A stretch of 64,000 bases of DNA, taken from positions 128,001 to 192,000 of the forward strand of contig CAVWIG010000028.1 of the NCBI GenBank assembly GCA_963754945.1, in the 5' to 3' direction. Below are positions 61,819 through 64,000 of this stretch, piece by piece; the first letter of the stretch is position 1; every line of letters starts with the position of its first letter. A model generated the notes under the pieces. The model saw only the letters and a list, made by a program, of their open reading frames with translations. It ran no database searches and was not told the DNA's origin. The DNA is from Methanotrichaceae archaeon. Lineage in GTDB: Archaea > Halobacteriota > Methanosarcinia > Methanotrichales > Methanotrichaceae. A program made the position numbers and the translations under genes.

Positions 61819-62740
61819 TCATGTTACCTGATCGTAATCCTTCCCAAAGTCACCAGGAAGAGCGCCAGGAGAAGCCAACCCAGAATGCCCTCGACTATGA
61901 CGTAGTACCTGTGCTCCTGTCGGCAAAAAGTCGATTGGCCCTTGAGAGAGGAAGATGCAGGTACTGAAGAACAGAGCGTTGCGAAAGATCGCTCTTCTGG
62001 AATGGAGTCCTTCTCGACAGGGCCCTGCAGGGGCTTGGCTGATCTGCGAATGCCGTCTCCCTTCCAGAAAATCAGTGCAAACACTAGGATTAGGATGGTC
62101 AATACCGCCCAGGCAAACAGTGTAACCGGGCCGAACACCGTAGCCGCAAGACAGCCAAGCTAGAACGTCTATGGCCTTCGACAAACCAAACCCTTTCTCT
62201 GCCTGGTCCAATCTGCGATACTCGTAGTAGCAGTCGTCTTGTTCACTATGCCAGTCAAGGACCTGTAGTTGTCGATAAGACCTAGGTAAACTCCCGGATC
62301 GTAGACCACATGATCTTTGATTTCGTTCCAGGGAGCCTTCTGTCTCTTAAAATCTGCATCCTTCAAGTTAATTTTGGAGTTCTGCTGAAGCTGGCCTTTC
62401 CAGAAGCATTGAAGAAATCTGGGCGCTCTACAAGTTCAGTTCACTGTCGAATGCCGCGCTTTCTAAGCTCGTTATGTCTTCGAACTTGACGAGGCCGAAG
62501 AGGGCCTTATCCTTGAAATGAGCCTTAGAGAAGTCGGCAGCATCGCTGAAGCGTGCCAGGTTGAAGGTGGCCTCCTCGGAGAATAGAGCGTCGCCGAAGG
62601 AGGATAGGCCTGAAAATCTGGTCAGGCCGAACCTGGCTAGGCCACTGAAGTTACAATTGCCGAAGCTGGTATCCTTCTGGGCATAAGATAAGTCGCTGTG
62701 GACATCACCAGAACTGCGAACATTATCATGAATAGCTTGA
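61819..62740 (-). pseudogene. Multiply frameshifted pentapeptide/ion-channel paralogue
   Basis: Fragments in three frames: DADF..PW..I.D, YL.LI.NY, LAWLSCGYGVRP, ALFFS, EGILGWLLLALFLVTLG. Confidence 0.78.
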
Positions 62741-62917
62741 CCATCTCACGGGACAAGTGAGGACAATTCAATGCTTTATCTTTTCCCCTGTATAGAGCTT
62801 TGAGACATGCAGGATGGTGCCGCAAAAAAAATGAAGTCTGCAACTTCATTCCATCACTTTCATCGATAAATATCAGGCGTCAAATTGGAACTCGCTTAAG
62901 AAGATTCATATGTAAAG

Positions 62918-64000
62918 CTAGCCTTTGGCAATATTGACTGCCAAGTCTAAAACCGTCATAGGTTGGACCGATGTTACTAGAATTCCGGCGTCTAGCGCCT
63001 TACGGCACAGTGAGCCTCTCAGAACCAGGTTCTTTCCGGAGATGCCTTTGACCAACCGGTCAATATCTACATCGCTCATGTTTCTAAGAGTCTCCAGGGA
63101 CGCCCTGCCCAATCGGTATACCCAGCCGAACTCGGACCACCAGAGGCGTTCGTAACGGGATAGGGTCGCCCTGGACACGTCTCCGGCTGAAACCGCCTGG
63201 CCGGCCACTGTGCCGCAGATGGTCCCGGCGCGCATACCGTAAATAAGCCCGCTCTGACCTGAAGCCCCTCCAGTCACCATAAAGCCGTCTGAGACTATCT
63301 CTCCCGGGAGAACGGCTATTGGGTCGCCTCCTTGCTTTATGGAGAGTACCTTCATCTGTTCGATTTTTCTGTAAGCTTCGGCCTTGTATGCTTTGAACCT
63401 ACCGAGAAAGCTTTGGAAAAAAGGATTGACGTCCATGCCGTGTCCCCTAACAAATACGCCCAAGGTAGCCAGGTCTTCCCCTGCGGGCGAGAATGTCGCC
63501 TTCCACCCTGGGGCCATGCTGCCAATCCAGTACTCGAAGAAATCCTCTTCTCCTAGGCCAGGATGCTGGACTGTGGCTTCCACGGCCCAGGCAATGTCCA
63601 GAGGATGGCGAATTGGAGAAATGCCTGCTTGACGAGCCAGAAAGGGCTGCACTCCAGAGGCATCTATCGTTACCTTGGCTTGGATATCCCCTTGCCGTGT
63701 AGATACCAGACTGTTACCCGATCTGATCAAAATTCCCGTTGCTTGGCCTTCCAGAAGCATAACCCCCTCTTTTTCAGCGATGTTCAGGTAGTGATCGTCG
63801 AAACGTCTTCTGTCTATGAAGTAGCCCTTCGCAGGTACGGTTGCGCAATGGCCGGAAGGCGAGACGATTCGCATTCCTCGCAACGATCTTTTTATATAGC
63901 AATCATCAACTTGAAAACCCGTCTGGGAGGCCATGCCTTCGAAGAAGGTGTTGGCTGAATGATCAACTCCCCAGGGGTTTCTGTCTAGGAGGATCACGTC
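62918..64000 (-). CDS. Geranylgeranyl reductase-family FAD oxidoreductase (5' end beyond the window)
   Basis: GYFIDRRRFD, AKVTIDASG, G..G..YG..AG..AG, LSRYE..W. Confidence 0.8.
   Translation of the reverse strand, partial: DVILLDRNPWGVDHSANTFFEGMASQTGFQVDDCYIKRSLRGMRIVSPSGHCATVPAKGYFIDRRRFDDHYLNIAEKEGVMLLEGQATGILIRSGNSLVSTRQGDIQAKVTIDASGVQPFLARQAGISPIRHPLDIAWAVEATVQHPGLGEEDFFEYWIGSMAPGWKATFSPAGEDLATLGVFVRGHGMDVNPFFQSFLGRFKAYKAEAYRKIEQMKVLSIKQGGDPIAVLPGEIVSDGFMVTGGASGQSGLIYGMRAGTICGTVAGQAVSAGDVSRATLSRYERLWWSEFGWVYRLGRASLETLRNMSDVDIDRLVKGISGKNLVLRGSLCRKALDAGILVTSVQPMTVLDLAVNIAKG

Noticed and set aside
59935-62740. Integrative element at tRNA-Arg
   Set aside because: No integrase and no duplicated tRNA end seen in the window

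Overview
Archaeal chromosome segment, most likely from a Methanothrix (Methanosaeta)-like methanogen. Evidence: sepS, aRF1, rps8e, rpoL, csl4, rfcL, nre, elp3, an AksA-type homocitrate synthase, and pentapeptide/ion-channel paralogues. GC-richer housekeeping blocks alternate with AT-richer accessory patches: (i) 1-7.9 kb, with a complete IS1634-type element, a complete IS256-type element that splits a secreted-protein gene, and a dinB remnant; (ii) 12-17.5 kb, a nucleotide-metabolism-themed island; (iii) 32-40 kb, with a two-component system, toxin-antitoxin debris and two degenerate copies of the rpiA 3' end; (iv) 49.6-54 kb, with a peptidase and surface proteins; (v) 60-62.7 kb, with pentapeptide/channel paralogues next to tRNA-Arg. 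The best candidate for an undescribed system is locus (ii). It encodes an orotate-PRTase (PyrE)-like domain fused to two DisA_N/DAC-like domains with a non-canonical RHR motif. A translationally coupled TIR-like remnant precedes this gene and a 2TM+TPR gene follows it. It sits beside an orphan pyrI, a duplicated pyrH and an adk remnant. All calls come from reading motifs by eye; no database searches or composition calculations were run.
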